Shown here: positions 38,619-50,015 of the stretch, in pieces
Position numbering within the stretch: position 1 is the stretch's first letter
Layout: each line of letters opens with the position of its first letter
Assembly: GCF_001194135.2 (NCBI RefSeq)
Contig: NC_068981.1
Location: 144,393,970-144,455,368 of the forward strand
DNA length: 61,399 nucleotides
Direction of reading: 5' to 3'
Source: Octopus bimaculoides
Taxonomy: Eukaryota
Position numbers and translations under genes: made by a program
The notes under the pieces: generated by a model
Database searches by the model: none
Seen by the model: the letters and a program-made list of their open reading frames with translations, nothing else
What the model was told of the DNA's origin: nothing

Positions 38619-39414
38619 TTGAGTTCTTGTCAAAGGATGGCCTTTGTGAATCCTTCGATCTGAAGTCACCTTATTCATCCTCTACACACACATATATACG
38701 TGTGTGTGTGTGTGTATGTATNNNNNNNNNNNNNNNNNNNNNNNNNNNNNNNNNNNNNNNNNNNNNNNNNNNNNNNNNNNNNNNNNNNNNNNNNNNNNNN
38801 NNNNNNNNNNNNNNNNNNNNNNNNNNNNNNNNNNNNNNNNNNNNNNNNNNNNNNNNNNNNNNNNNNNNNNNNNNNNNNNNNNNNNNNNNNNNNNNNNNNN
38901 NNNNNNNNNNNNNNNNNNNNNNNNNNNNNNNNNNNNNNNNNNNNNNNNNNNNNNNNNNNNNNNNNNNNNNNNNNNNNNNNNNNNNNNNNNNNNNNNNNNN
39001 NNNNNNNNNNNNNNNNNNNNNNNNNNNNNNNNNNNNNNNNNNNNNNNNNNNNNNNNNNNNNNNNNNNNNNNNNNNNNNNNNNNNNNNNNNNNNNNNNNNN
39101 NNNNNNNNNNNNNNNNNNNNNNNNNNNNNNNNNNNNNNNNNNNNNNNNNNNNNNNNNNNNNNNNNNNNNNNNNNNNNNNNNNNNNNNNNNNNNNNNNNNN
39201 NNNNNNNNNNNNNNNNNNNNNNNNNNNNNNNNNNNNNGTGTAAGTGTGTGTGAGTATATGTGTGTGTGGATGTATGTATACACGCATGAATGGATGTGTG
39301 GATATATATGTGTATATGTGATTAGGTGGAGGCACACCGTGCCAGCTGTGAAGGATGAATAAGGTGACCTCAGATTGAAAGATTCACAAAGGTCATCTTT
39401 TGAAATGAACTCAA
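38619..39414. mobile_element. MITE with ~65 bp TIRs and a microsatellite core
   Basis: 38619-38685 matches the reverse complement of 39347-39414 (TTGAGTTC..CCTTTGTGAATC..GTCACCTTATTCATCC); TA on the left, TG on the right. Confidence 0.8.
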
Positions 39415-39929
39415 TGGAAAAACCAACATAAGAAAAAGCTAATGGAATCCAACCACTAAAAGAATCGATGAAATCTATTAAAAAAACAGCTACAGAGACT
39501 GAATCTCATCTACCACCCAAAGGATATAATGAGTGAGATACTGCGAAAGAAAAAAAAGCAGAAAGAGTAAGAGTCTCCACCTCATTCCCTCTGGCACCAA
39601 CGTGTCCATCACTACAAACAACACGCTCACCACTACAAACACATCAAACCCCCAAATTCCCCAACAACAAGCTTGTCCAATCATGCATAAACATTACTTC
39701 CATCCACATGAAAAACTTAGAACTCGTACAAGTCATTAAAAACGTTCCATCTGTCACCCCATTACACGCATCCGAGAACCCAACTATCCCATCATACATA
39801 CCGTTTATAGAAATAGACTCCATAAGTTACCTTTAAAAAACACATTCTAAGATGACGTCGGCCCATTTCAAAAAGACTTTTCATCTCATCTATACCAAAA
39901 ATTCTTTAAGCCCTCCCCAAACCACAACG

Positions 39930-40860
39930 CAAGTAAAAGCGGATGAGGAGGAATGGCCACCCTCCCTCCTCTAAAGGTAAGATTACTTTATGTTCTCGCT
40001 CAACTTAAGTTGCATAAATGTGCGCGGCCTGGGCTCGGATTGGAAACAAAGTTGCCTCCTTGACGATCTCAAGTCGCATAGATTCTGTATTCACTACTGA
40101 AACAAGACTGAATGGGCTGCAGGCTTTTTCGCCAATCCTAAATGGATACGATGCCGCCCAACTGCCGCCGTTGGATGTTGGACGGACGGACCGGTAAAAA
40201 TACTAAGGGTTTGGTTTGGTCCAGACCTCCAGATAGAGAAGAACTGGAGTGAGGTAGTGAGTAGGATTGCTCTCCTAACTCAGACCTGGTCTGAACAGAA
40301 GCTATCCTTGAAAGGGACGGCGGAGGTTGCAGGTGTGTTCATCGCTTCTGTAATTACCTACCGCCTGACCGTCGTTTCATGTCCAGATTTGTGTCTAAAC
40401 AAGTTGGAAAGTATGCTCTTCTGCTTTTTGTGGCGAGGCAGGAGACCTCTTGTATGGCGCTCTATCTTTTGTCAACAACCGCACGCAATTGTGCAATGTC
40501 CGAAGATTTCGGAACTTTGGGTTTATGTCGAACAACTGTTGTCACATCTGAGAAGAGAACAACTATCAACTGAGTCTATAATTAAGTTTGTTCCGCCGTC
40601 TTCCCTGAATAGGAGAGCGCAGGCTTGTTTCATCTGTGTAGTAGCTAACGTGAAAGAGGTAGTGTGGAAGACGAGAGTGAAAAGGACCGTGACAAGCATC
40701 TTCATCCCCAGACTTGGGTTGGTTAACTTTTTTCTTTTCCACATGAAAAGAAAAATAAGGCTGGAGAAGAGATGCTTGTCGCACGGAATATTTCGGAAAA
40801 GATGGGAAACTGTAGCGTGTTGAGAGTGAATGAACCTGTCTGAGCGAGAATTTAAATAGT
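39930..40860 (+). mobile_element. Internally deleted L1/Tx1-like LINE
   Basis: SCINVRGLGSDWKQ (APE start) joined to GPVKILRVWFGPDLQ..FLWRG (post-RT), then HAIVQCP..W (C-terminal knuckle) and KRW. Confidence 0.85.
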
Positions 40861-41387
40861 CCACCAAGGAATTCAGTGTTGGAATGTGGCTTCAGGAGGA
40901 GTCGGCCACGTGCCTCACTTCATAATTTTTATNNNNNNNNNNNNNNNNNNNNNNNNNNNNNNNNNNNNNNNNNNNNNNNNNNNNNNNNNNNNNNNNNNNN
41001 NNNNNNNNNNNNNNNNNNNNNNNNNNNNNNNNNNNNNNNNNNNNNNNNNNNNNNNNNNNNNNNNNNNNNNNNNNNNNNNNNNNNNNNNNNNNNNNNNNNN
41101 NNNNNNNNNNNNNNNNNNNNNNNNNNNNNNNNNNNNNNNNNNNNNNNNNNNNNNNNNNNNNNNNNNNNNNNNNNNNNNNNNNNNNNNNNNNNNNNNNNNN
41201 NNNNNNNNNNNNNNNNNNNNNNNNNNNNNNNNNNNNNNNNNNNNNNNNNNNNNNNNNNNNNNNNNNNNNNNNNNNNNNNNNNNNNNNNNNNNNNNNNNNN
41301 NNNNNNNNNNNNNNNNNNNNNNNNNNNNNNNNNNNNNNNNNNNNNNNNNNNNNNNNNNNNNNNNNNNNNNNNATATATATATATATA

Positions 41388-41747
41388 GTGGAGGTGCAAT
41401 GGCCCAGTAGTTAGGGCAGCGGACTCGCGGTTTCAATTCCCAGACCGGGCGTTATGAGTGTTTATTGAGCGAAAACACTTAAAGCTCCACGAGGCTCCGG
41501 CAGGAGATGGTGGCGAACCCTGCTGCACTCTTTCACCACAACTTTCTCTCACTCTTACTTCCTGTTTCTGTTGTGCTTGTAATTCAAAGAGTCAGCCTTG
41601 CCACACTGTGTTACGCTGAATATCCCCGAGAATTACGTTAAGAGTACACGTGTCTGTGGAGTGCTCAGCCACTTGCACGTTAATTTCACGAGCAGGCTGT
41701 TCCGTTGATCGGATCAACTGGAACCCGCGACGGAGTGCCAACAACAA
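41388..41747 (+). mobile_element. SINE-C, near full length
   Basis: GGAGGTGCAATGGCCCAGTAGTTAGGG..GACGGAGTGCCAACAAC. Confidence 0.9.
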
Positions 41748-41945
41748 GTATATATATATGTATTATGAGTAAAGAGTCCGTGTTTCTTTATATATTGGTA
41801 TGAACAAATGCACGCGTAGGTGTATCTATGAATGAGGGTAATTATTTTTAAATGGTCTGTATTACTGGCCAATATTCAACTACTTTTACCTGAGAATAAC
41901 TTGGAAGCAGCAAAACCAGTAATAATTTTTCTGTCTTCCTCACTC

Positions 41946-41993
<48 letters not shown>

Positions 41994-42027
41994 CAACGGC
42001 CTTCGATGAGCATAGATAGAAACGTAC

Positions 42028-42189
42028 AATTGTTAAAGACATTTCTTCGTCGTCATAGTAGTCATCGTCGTCGGTCTCACCATCACCACAATCTTTCGCC
42101 ACTTGGAAGGCTGTTTGATATAGACACAAGGAAACAAAAGACGTCATAACTCTTTGAGCATATTTATGACTTTCAGACCAGGTGTTTTT
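42028..42189 (-). CDS. Candidate exon B, copy 1 (54 codons, phase 0-0): KNTWSESHKYAQRVMTSFVSLCLYQTAFQVAKDCGDGETDDDDYYDDEEMSLTI
   Basis: TTCAACAG acceptor, GTACGT donor, 162 nt, and the only open frame on the minus strand. No homologue recognised. Confidence 0.35.
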
Positions 42190-42298
42190 CTGTTGAATTT
42201 AATTACGTTTCTTCCAGCATATTTATATATACAGCAATATAAATGTAGTATGACAGAAAGTTTTTAAAAAATAATAGAAATCTCATTATACCTTATAC

Positions 42299-42337
42299 AT
42301 TTCTTGCTAACCAATTTTTAAACTTGTTTTCAATTTC
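42299..42337 (-). CDS. Candidate exon A, copy 1 (13 codons): EIENKFKNWLARN
   Basis: TGCAG acceptor, GTATAA donor, 109 nt intron to exon B, frame-compatible. Confidence 0.3.
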
Positions 42338-42441
42338 CTGCATATCTTATGGAATTTGAACTTTTCGAGTTATTGCAGGAATTCTACTAATAACTTTAGC
42401 CGTTCCTAATTTCTTTGCTTAGAATTATTTAACTCTTAACA

Positions 42442-42810
42442 TATATCTACAGATTTTCTATAAAATTTAGAGCCAGCATTGGAAGTTAAAACGTTTCGTA
42501 AGAAAATACGTCTATTTAAACAATGCGATGGAATATAGAAAAATAGGTAAGTGATGTATATGCATATTTCAGAAGTAATTGCTCCTTTTTCACATCAAAC
42601 TCATTAACTATCCACGAACACATTGCTTAAATAACCACTAATTTTAGTGGCTATTTTAGTGCTGAAGGAGCAATAACTCCTGGAATATGCATATACACCA
42701 ATTATCTACTTTTCTATCTTTGATTGCATTGTTTACATAAGTGTATTTGTATACGAAACGTTTTGACTTTCAATGCTGGCTCTAGGTTCTATAGAAAATC
42801 TATAGAGATA
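42442..42810. mobile_element. Fold-back MITE with ~150 bp inverted arms
   Basis: 42442-42593 matches the reverse complement of 42659-42810 along its length; inner hairpin at 42630-42657. Confidence 0.85.
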
Positions 42811-43176
42811 AAATTAAAAATGAAAGCATTGCACTTTAAAGCAAAAATAGGACACTGTGTTGACTTATAAACCTTTTATATACTTAGTAGTATATTATAG
42901 CTGCAAAACGAAATACAGTGTTGCTACTAGCAATTAATGGAATTATTTAAAGACAGTATACAAAAGAAATATCATGTTTTATTCTCTAGACTTAATTGAC
43001 GATAATTAAAATGTGGTATTGCTAAACATAGCGATAAAACAGAGTGATACAAAACTGTACCGACATGCTTTGAAAATCAAATATTAGAATGTAATAAACC
43101 AGCTTCCCTCTCAATCATATGAAATCAAGATTAAGACATATGACCTCGAGTACGACCAAAATACGGGTGCTTCTTT

Positions 43177-43781
43177 GGCGTGTGATCTACTTTAGGTTAC
43201 TTTTTAGTTTACTTTTCAATTTCTAAAATTCATATGTTAGCTAAAGATTTTTGTAATGTGATCAGCAACGAGACGAAGGCATTTTAACAAGAAACCAGAA
43301 GGCAGTTGCGTTTTTACAAGAAGCCAGCACTAAATTCACATAATTTCTTAAGGAAACGAAACGTGATACTTTGCTGAGTGATCTACAATTTAAAGGGAGA
43401 TTATTTTAGGTTATTTTTTAGTTTACTTTGCGTTAGTGCTACTTTCCGTGTGATCTACATGAGCAAATTTACTTTGATGAGCAATCGACGCGCTTATTTT
43501 AATTATAATCTGGTTTTCTCATTATTAAAATAGTAAGAATTTAAAAGAAAATACATTTACAATGCTTAGTATACCCTTTTACTCTTTTACTTGTTTCAGT
43601 CATTGGACTGCGGCCAAGCTGGAGCACCGCCTTTCAGTCGAGCAAATCGACCCCCAGGACTTATACCTTGTAAGCCTAGTACTTATTCTATCGGTCTCTT
43701 TTGCCAAATCGCTAGGTTACGGGGACGTAAACACATCACCATCGGTTGTCAAGCGATGTTGGGGGGACAAACACCGACACA

Positions 43782-43844
<63 letters not shown>

Positions 43845-44070
43845 ACATGCGACGGGCTTCTTTCAGTTTCTGTCTACCAAATCCACTCACAAGGCCTTGG
43901 TTGGCCCGAGGCTATAGTAGAAGTCATTTGCCCAAGATGCTACGTAGTGGGACTGAACCCGGAATCATGTGGTTTGTAAGTAAGCTACTTATCACACAAC
44001 CACTCTTACGTCTATGTACAAAATAATTTTAAAAGTAATCTAAAGTAATCTCCCTTCTAGATCACACGCC
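43177..44070. repeat. Unclassified motif GTGTGATCTA..TTTAGGTTACTTTT: three direct copies and one inverted copy
   Basis: Copies at 43177-43216, 43378-43430 and 43447-43458; inverted at 44026-44070. Confidence 0.6.
43576..44013 (-). mobile_element. SINE-B, full length
   Basis: Tail, internal CA/TA tract and head present. Confidence 0.92.
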
Positions 44071-44813
44071 GAAATATGCATGGTCAACGATATACATAAT
44101 ATCTGCTATTGCAGTTAATCAGTGTTAAACTTACTTTGACGTAACTCTGTGTCTAAAATGCTTCGAATAAGATGGTGGTTATATTGATAAAAACTGGAAT
44201 CTTATAGGTCTATGTATACCTCAACACACTGTCAAAAAGTATTATTAAATTCTATACTGAATGTCTGATTCCCGTTTCGTTCACTTTCTTTCACAGATTT
44301 CTGCTGAAATTCCCCGACTACCTCCCACAAGGACATTCGTAATTACTCCCTATATCCGTACATTACTTCTTCGATTCATACCTTCCTCTTTTGGAGTCAA
44401 AGAGACTTAGGCTGCAATCTAGCAAATAATGAAGAGAAAAACATTCTTTTTCTTTCTCACGATTTGTCGAAAGAAAATAATCCGAAACTTCAGATGCTTC
44501 GCTGCTAAAAAAAAAGTCAAGCTTATCCAACTCTTCTGAACTCTCCTACGATGTCTGTCACATTCCTGTAATAAATACTACCAGTTTTTTCGGATTACGG
44601 ATTTTACTCTTCACTTTCAAAATGTTCAGTGTCATTACAGCTAACCTTCGCAAAATCTAAGGTTGCTCTTACTGAGTCTTGAAAACTAATCTTCACACAC
44701 ACACACACACACGCACGCGCGCGAACATGCATACACATATTTCTTGTCCACTATCACGGGCAACGCAGGATACTACTAGCTGTATATAGGTAAACACACA
44801 CACACACACACAT

Positions 44814-45147
44814 ATTCTTTTATTCTTTTACTTGTTTCAGTCATTTGACTGCGGCCATGCTGGAGCACCGCCTTTAGTCGAATCAAATCGACCCCAGGAC
44901 TTATTCTTTGTAAGCCTAGTACTTATTCTATCGGTTCTTTTTGCCGAACCGCTAAGTTACGGAGACCTAAGCACACCAGCATCGGTTGTCAAGCGATGTT
45001 GGGGGGACAAACACAGATACACAACATATACACACATACACATATATATATATACATATATACGACGGGCTTCTTTCAGTTTCCGTCTACCAAATCCACT
45101 CACAAGGCTTTGGTCGGCCCGAGGCTATAGTAGAAGGCACTTGCCCA
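44814..45147 (-). mobile_element. SINE-B, head lost at a gap
   Basis: CTTGTTTCAGTCATTTGACTGCGGCCATGCTGGAGCACCGCC through GGCACTTGCCCA. Confidence 0.9.
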
Positions 45148-46143
45148 TGTATGTATNNNNNNNNNNNNNNNNNNNNNNNNNNNNNNNNNNNNNNNNNNNN
45201 NNNNNNNNNNNNNNNNNNNNNNNNNNNNNNNNNNNNNNNNNNNNNNNNNNNNNNNNNNNNNNNNNNNNNNNNNNNNNNNNNNNNNNNNNNNNNNNNNNNN
45301 NNNNNNNNNNNNNNNNNNNNNNNNNNNNNNNNNNNNNNNNNNNNNNNNNNNNNNNNNNNNNNNNNNNNNNNNNNNNNNNNNNNNNNNNNNNNNNNNNNNN
45401 NNNNNNNNNNNNNNNNNNNNNNNNNNNNNNNNNNNNNNNNNNNNNNNNNNNNNNNNNNNNNNNNNNNNNNNNNNNNNNNNNNNNNNNNNNNNNNNNNNNN
45501 NNNNNNNNNNNNNNNNNNNNNNNNNNNNNNNNNNNNNNNNNNNNNNNNNNNNNNNNNNNNNNNNNNNNNNNNNNNNNNNNNNNNNNNNNNNNNNNNNNNN
45601 NNNNNNNNNNNNNNNNNNNNNNNNNNNNNNNNNNNNNNNNNNNNNNNNNNNNNNNNNNNNNNNNNNNNNNNNNNNNNNNNNNNNNNNNNNNNNNNNNNNN
45701 NNNNNNNNNNNNNNNNNNNNNNNNNNNNNNNNNNNNNNNNNNNNNNNNNNNNNNNNNNNNNNNNNNNNNNNNNNNNNNNNNNNNNNNNNNNNNNNNNNNN
45801 NNNNNNNNNNNNNNNNNNNNNNNNNNNNNNNNNNNNNNNNNNNNNNNNNNNNNNNNNNNNNNNNNNNNNNNGTATTACTCATACACACAGCGTGCAAGCA
45901 CACACACACACACACACACACATACACACATATATATCCATTTAGAAAGCTCGAAATAGTCTACTATTCAATCAAGCCACAAAATTGATAAGAATAAGAA
46001 AATATCTATTAAAGCCTACTTTTGATAAGCATTCGCTGCAGAATCCATATCAAAATCGTAGAACTTATTCAGTTTCTTCAGAATGAGTGGGATTATTCTA
46101 ACAATGTCTCTTGTCATTCTTAGATCTGGTATTATATTTGGAC

Positions 46144-46191
46144 AATACATCGCTCATGAGGTCTAATAATACATCGCTCATGAGGTCTAAT
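46144..46191. repeat. Perfect 24-bp tandem duplication
   Basis: AATACATCGCTCATGAGGTCTAAT x2. Confidence 0.95.
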
Positions 46192-46619
46192 AACACCGAA
46201 CATGTATAGTTGTCACCGTACGGCCAAATATCAACCTTCCTTTCTTCAGCTTTCCGTATTTAATTAAGTTTATTAATTTAATTTGCCTTCCATGCTGTAC
46301 TTGATCACAATCAGTTATTAAAGAAATATTTTCCTTTCTCGTCACTCACTATGAGTCAAATTTAAATGAATAAACATTTCTTGACTCACTACATCAAATA
46401 TGTTGGTACCTAATTTTCTATATAATATAGTGGAGTATGTTTTACTCGTTCCAGTCATTGGACTGCGGCTATACTGGGGTATGTTGAGTGGTAAACGTAT
46501 TTTACGGTCGGCAAATCAAGGTGATGATAATAATCTCATTTGAGGATTAAATAGGGGAAATTCGAAAAAGGGTAGTGGAAGATGCAACTCTTATTTATAA
46601 GCCAGATATTCTTATTCTG

Positions 46620-46830
46620 GGCGCCTCCACGCAGTCGCTAGGCCGGCTAGACATAATGGCTAAATTTCCCTAAATTGCAAGCTACTCTCTTAGTAAAAGA
46701 AGCGTATATTGAAAAATGTAATCCCTTGAATACCAAACGATAAGTTTGTTACGGCTGAAAGATTTTTAAACGAAAGGTCTCTATGTTGGAAACTGATTCA
46801 GAGTTAAACAATAACAACAAAAACGACGAC
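46620..46830 (+). repeat. Repeat E copy with AAC/GAC tail
   Basis: GGCTAGACATAATGGCTAAATTTCCC..AAATGTAATCCC..GAGTTAAACAATAACAAC. Confidence 0.45.
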
Positions 46831-46903
46831 GACGACGATGATAATAACATTAATAGTAGTAGCAGTAACAACAGAATAGACCTCATGTAGATGTCAGTAT
46901 TAA

Positions 46904-47127
46904 CATATTGGTTTTAGATTTTGCGCAAGGACAACAATTTTAGGGAGTGGATAAGTCGATTACATCGACCTCAGTACTCAACTGGTATTTATTTTGTCGA
47001 AATCAAAAGGATGAAAGGCAAAGTCAACCTCGGCGGAATTTGAACTCAAACATAAAGACAGATGAAATTACGCGAAGTTGTCCGACTTAACGATTCTGCA
47101 AGTAACGATTCTATAAGTTCGTTGCCT
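46904..47127 (-). mobile_element. SINE-A
   Basis: GGATGAAAGGCAAAGTCAACCTCGGCGGAATTTGAACTCA; the head abuts the mariner. Confidence 0.85.
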
Positions 47128-48406
47128 TAGTTAAAAGTTCTTGCCGAATTTTTAATTTTGATTTTAAATGTTGTATTTTCAAATTAATTTTCATTAAATT
47201 AGTTTGACTTTATATATCAATTTAAAGCCCGTTTCTCGTTCTATTTAATCGTATTACTCTTTTTCTTTTTGAATAATTAGACCATTTTTTCCGGAACGTT
47301 GAATACAACATGGACAAAAAGCAAATTCGCACAGTTTTCTTATTCCAGTTCAAACTAGGCCGAAAAGCTGCTGAAACAGCTCGTGATATCAACGATGCGT
47401 TTGGCCCAGGAACTACTAATGAACATACAGCACAATGGTGGTTCAAGAAATTTCGTAGCGGTGACGAATGTCTTGAAGATGATAAGCGTAGTGGTCGGCC
47501 ATCGGATGTTCACAACGATCAACTAAAAGCCTTAGTCGAAGCCAATCCACGCACACCTGTTCGAGAGCTTGCTTCTGAATTAGATGTAACGCATACGACA
47601 ATTTCCAACCACTTGAGATTGGAAAAGCAAAAAATACTTGAGAAATGGGTGCCGCACGAATTGAACGACAACCAAAACAAAAAACGCTGTTCTGAAGTGT
47701 CGTCTTCCCTTCTTTTACGCAACAAGAACAACCCCTTTCTCGACCGGATTGTGACTTGCGATGAAAAGTGAATTCTTTACGACAACCGGCGAAGCTTAGC
47801 TCAGTGGTCGGACACCGACGAAGCTCCATGGCACTTCCCGAAGCCAAAGTTGCACCAAAAAAAGGTCATGGTGACTGTTTGGTGGTCTGCGGCCGGTCTC
47901 ATCCATCAGAGCTCTTTGGATCCTGGCGAAACCATTACGGCGGAGAAGTACTGTCAGCAAATGGATGAAATGCATAAGAAACTCTGACAACAACAGCCAG
48001 CATTGGTCAATAGAAAAGGACCAATTCTTCTCCACGAGAACGCTCGGCCGCACGTCGCACAACTCACCCTGCAGAAGTTGAACGAATTGGGCTACGAAAC
48101 TCTGCCTCATTCGCCATACTCACCAGATCTCTCACCTACCGACTACCACTTTTTCAAGCATCTCGACAACTTCCTGCATGAGAAATGCTTCAAAAACCAA
48201 GACGATGCCAAACATGCCTTCAACGACTTAATTACCACCAGAACGCAGCATTTTTACGCTGCTGACATAAATAAACTTGTTTCACGTTGGCAAAAGTGTG
48301 TTGATTCTGATGGTGTTTATTTGGATGAATAAAGTTTTGTTTGAGCCGAGATATGTACATCTGAATATAAAGGTTAAAAGCCGAAAGAACTTTCTTGATA
48401 ACCTAA
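47128..48406 (+). mobile_element. Mariner, Hsmar1/cecropia-like, near full length, transposase pseudogene at 47310-48332
   Basis: MDKKQIR..WVPHEL..IVTCDEK*..KKVMVTVWW..LLHENARPH..SPYSPDLSPTDYHFF. One frameshift, stops, and the second catalytic D changed to E. Right TIR intact with TA; left TIR degenerate. Confidence 0.95.
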
Positions 48407-48600
48407 TATTACTACATTAAAAAATAAACAACAACAAAAACAAGGAAAATGAAGCAGCTAAGTTGAAAGAATTGTGTAGTGAGGAAAAACAATATTACTA
48501 AATGACTGATATAATGTTAATTATTTCAGAACGCGAGGCAATTTTGGAGATGTTTCGTTAGTATCTCAACCTCATTAGTAGAACATAGACAGAAACGTAC

Positions 48601-48799
48601 AATTCTTTGGAAATATTCTTAAAAGTAATCCTATTTTACCTTAAATAGGCATTCCTTCGTCGTTATTGTAGTCCTCGTCGTCGTTCTCACAATTACCACA
48701 ATCTTTCACCGCTTGGAAGGCTGATTGATATAGACGCAAGGAAACAAAAGACGTCATAACTCTTTGAGCATATTTATGACTTTCAGACCAGGTGTTTTT
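48601..48799 (-). pseudogene. Candidate exon B, copy 2, with in-frame TAA at 48641-48643
   Basis: Homologous to 42028-42189; TCTATAG acceptor and GTACGT donor retained; 37 nt longer. Confidence 0.3.
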
Positions 48800-48905
48800 C
48801 TATAGAATTTAATTACGTTTCTTCTAGCATATTTGTATATACAGCAATATAAATGTAGTATGCCAGAAAGTTTTAAAAAAATAATAGAAATCTCATATGT
48901 TATAC

Positions 48906-48944
48906 ATTTCTTGCCAGCCAATTTCTAAACTTGTTTTCAATTCC
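48906..48944 (-). CDS. Candidate exon A, copy 2: GIENKFRNWLARN
   Basis: TTTTTGCAG acceptor, GTATAA donor, 106 nt intron. Confidence 0.3.
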
Positions 48945-49131
48945 CTGCAAAAACCATTTTGCTTTACTTGTATCCTTCATTATTTTGGAAAATCGTTGAA
49001 TGGTACAGTTTATCATCAGGAAATGTGTTGAACTGCTTAACTTTTCTCTCCTGGAAAACAGAGTATCTTGCTCTGTTAAAGCAAACACACAAACACACAC
49101 ACACACACACACGCACACGCACACACACACA

Positions 49132-49168
<37 letters not shown>

Positions 49169-49207
49169 TTACACACGCACACATTCACATACACATACAT
49201 ACATACA

Positions 49208-49631
49208 TTGTTGTTGTTGACACTCCGTCGCTTACANNNNNNNNNNNNNNNNNNNNNNNNNNNNNNNNNNAACGTCGAGGGTTCCAGTTGATCCGATCAA
49301 CGGAACAGCCTGCTCGTGACATTAACGTGCAAGTGGTTGAGCACTCCACAGACACGTGTACCCTTAACGTAGTTCTCGGGGATATTCAGCGTGACACAGT
49401 GTGACAAGGCTGACCCTTTGAATTACAGGCACAACAGAAACAGGAAGTAAGAGTGAGAGAAAGTTGTGGTGAAAGAGTACAGCAGGGTTCGCCACCATCT
49501 CCTGCCGGAGCCTGATGGAGCTTTAGGTGTTTTCGCTCAATAAACACACACAACACCCGGTCTGGAAATCGAAACCGCGATCGTATGACCGCGAGTCCGC
49601 TGCCCTAACCACTGGGCCATTGCGCCTCCAC
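49208..49631 (-). mobile_element. SINE-C, full length with a small gap
   Basis: Head and (AAC)n tail present. Confidence 0.9.
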
Positions 49632-50015
49632 ACATACATACATACATACATACATACACACATACACACACGCGGACTCACACATGCACATATAAAAAAG
49701 AATCCTTACATGTCTAATGAACCAATTTATTTTTATACAATTGAGAGTACCGTACTCATTTGTTCTATATTTAAAGTTCTATACATTCTTAAACTTTAAA
49801 AAACCCTTGAGGTTCCTTTGAACAATTTTTCCTTGTACTTGATGTCCATTATTTTTTTCATGACATTGAATATAAATTGCTGTTGTAGTTACAGTTATTG
49901 TTGGTGGTGGTGGTGCTGTTGCAGTTTTTCCAGTGATGCTTTCAGATCAGTTGGACAAACCTACAACATAAAAGTAGTTTTTTGGCGGTCCGTTTCCAGA
50001 TTCTATCTTCTCTTT

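Noticed and set aside
47310-48332. Host SETMAR gene
   Set aside because: No SET domain, bounded by TIRs, and disrupted by a frameshift and stops.
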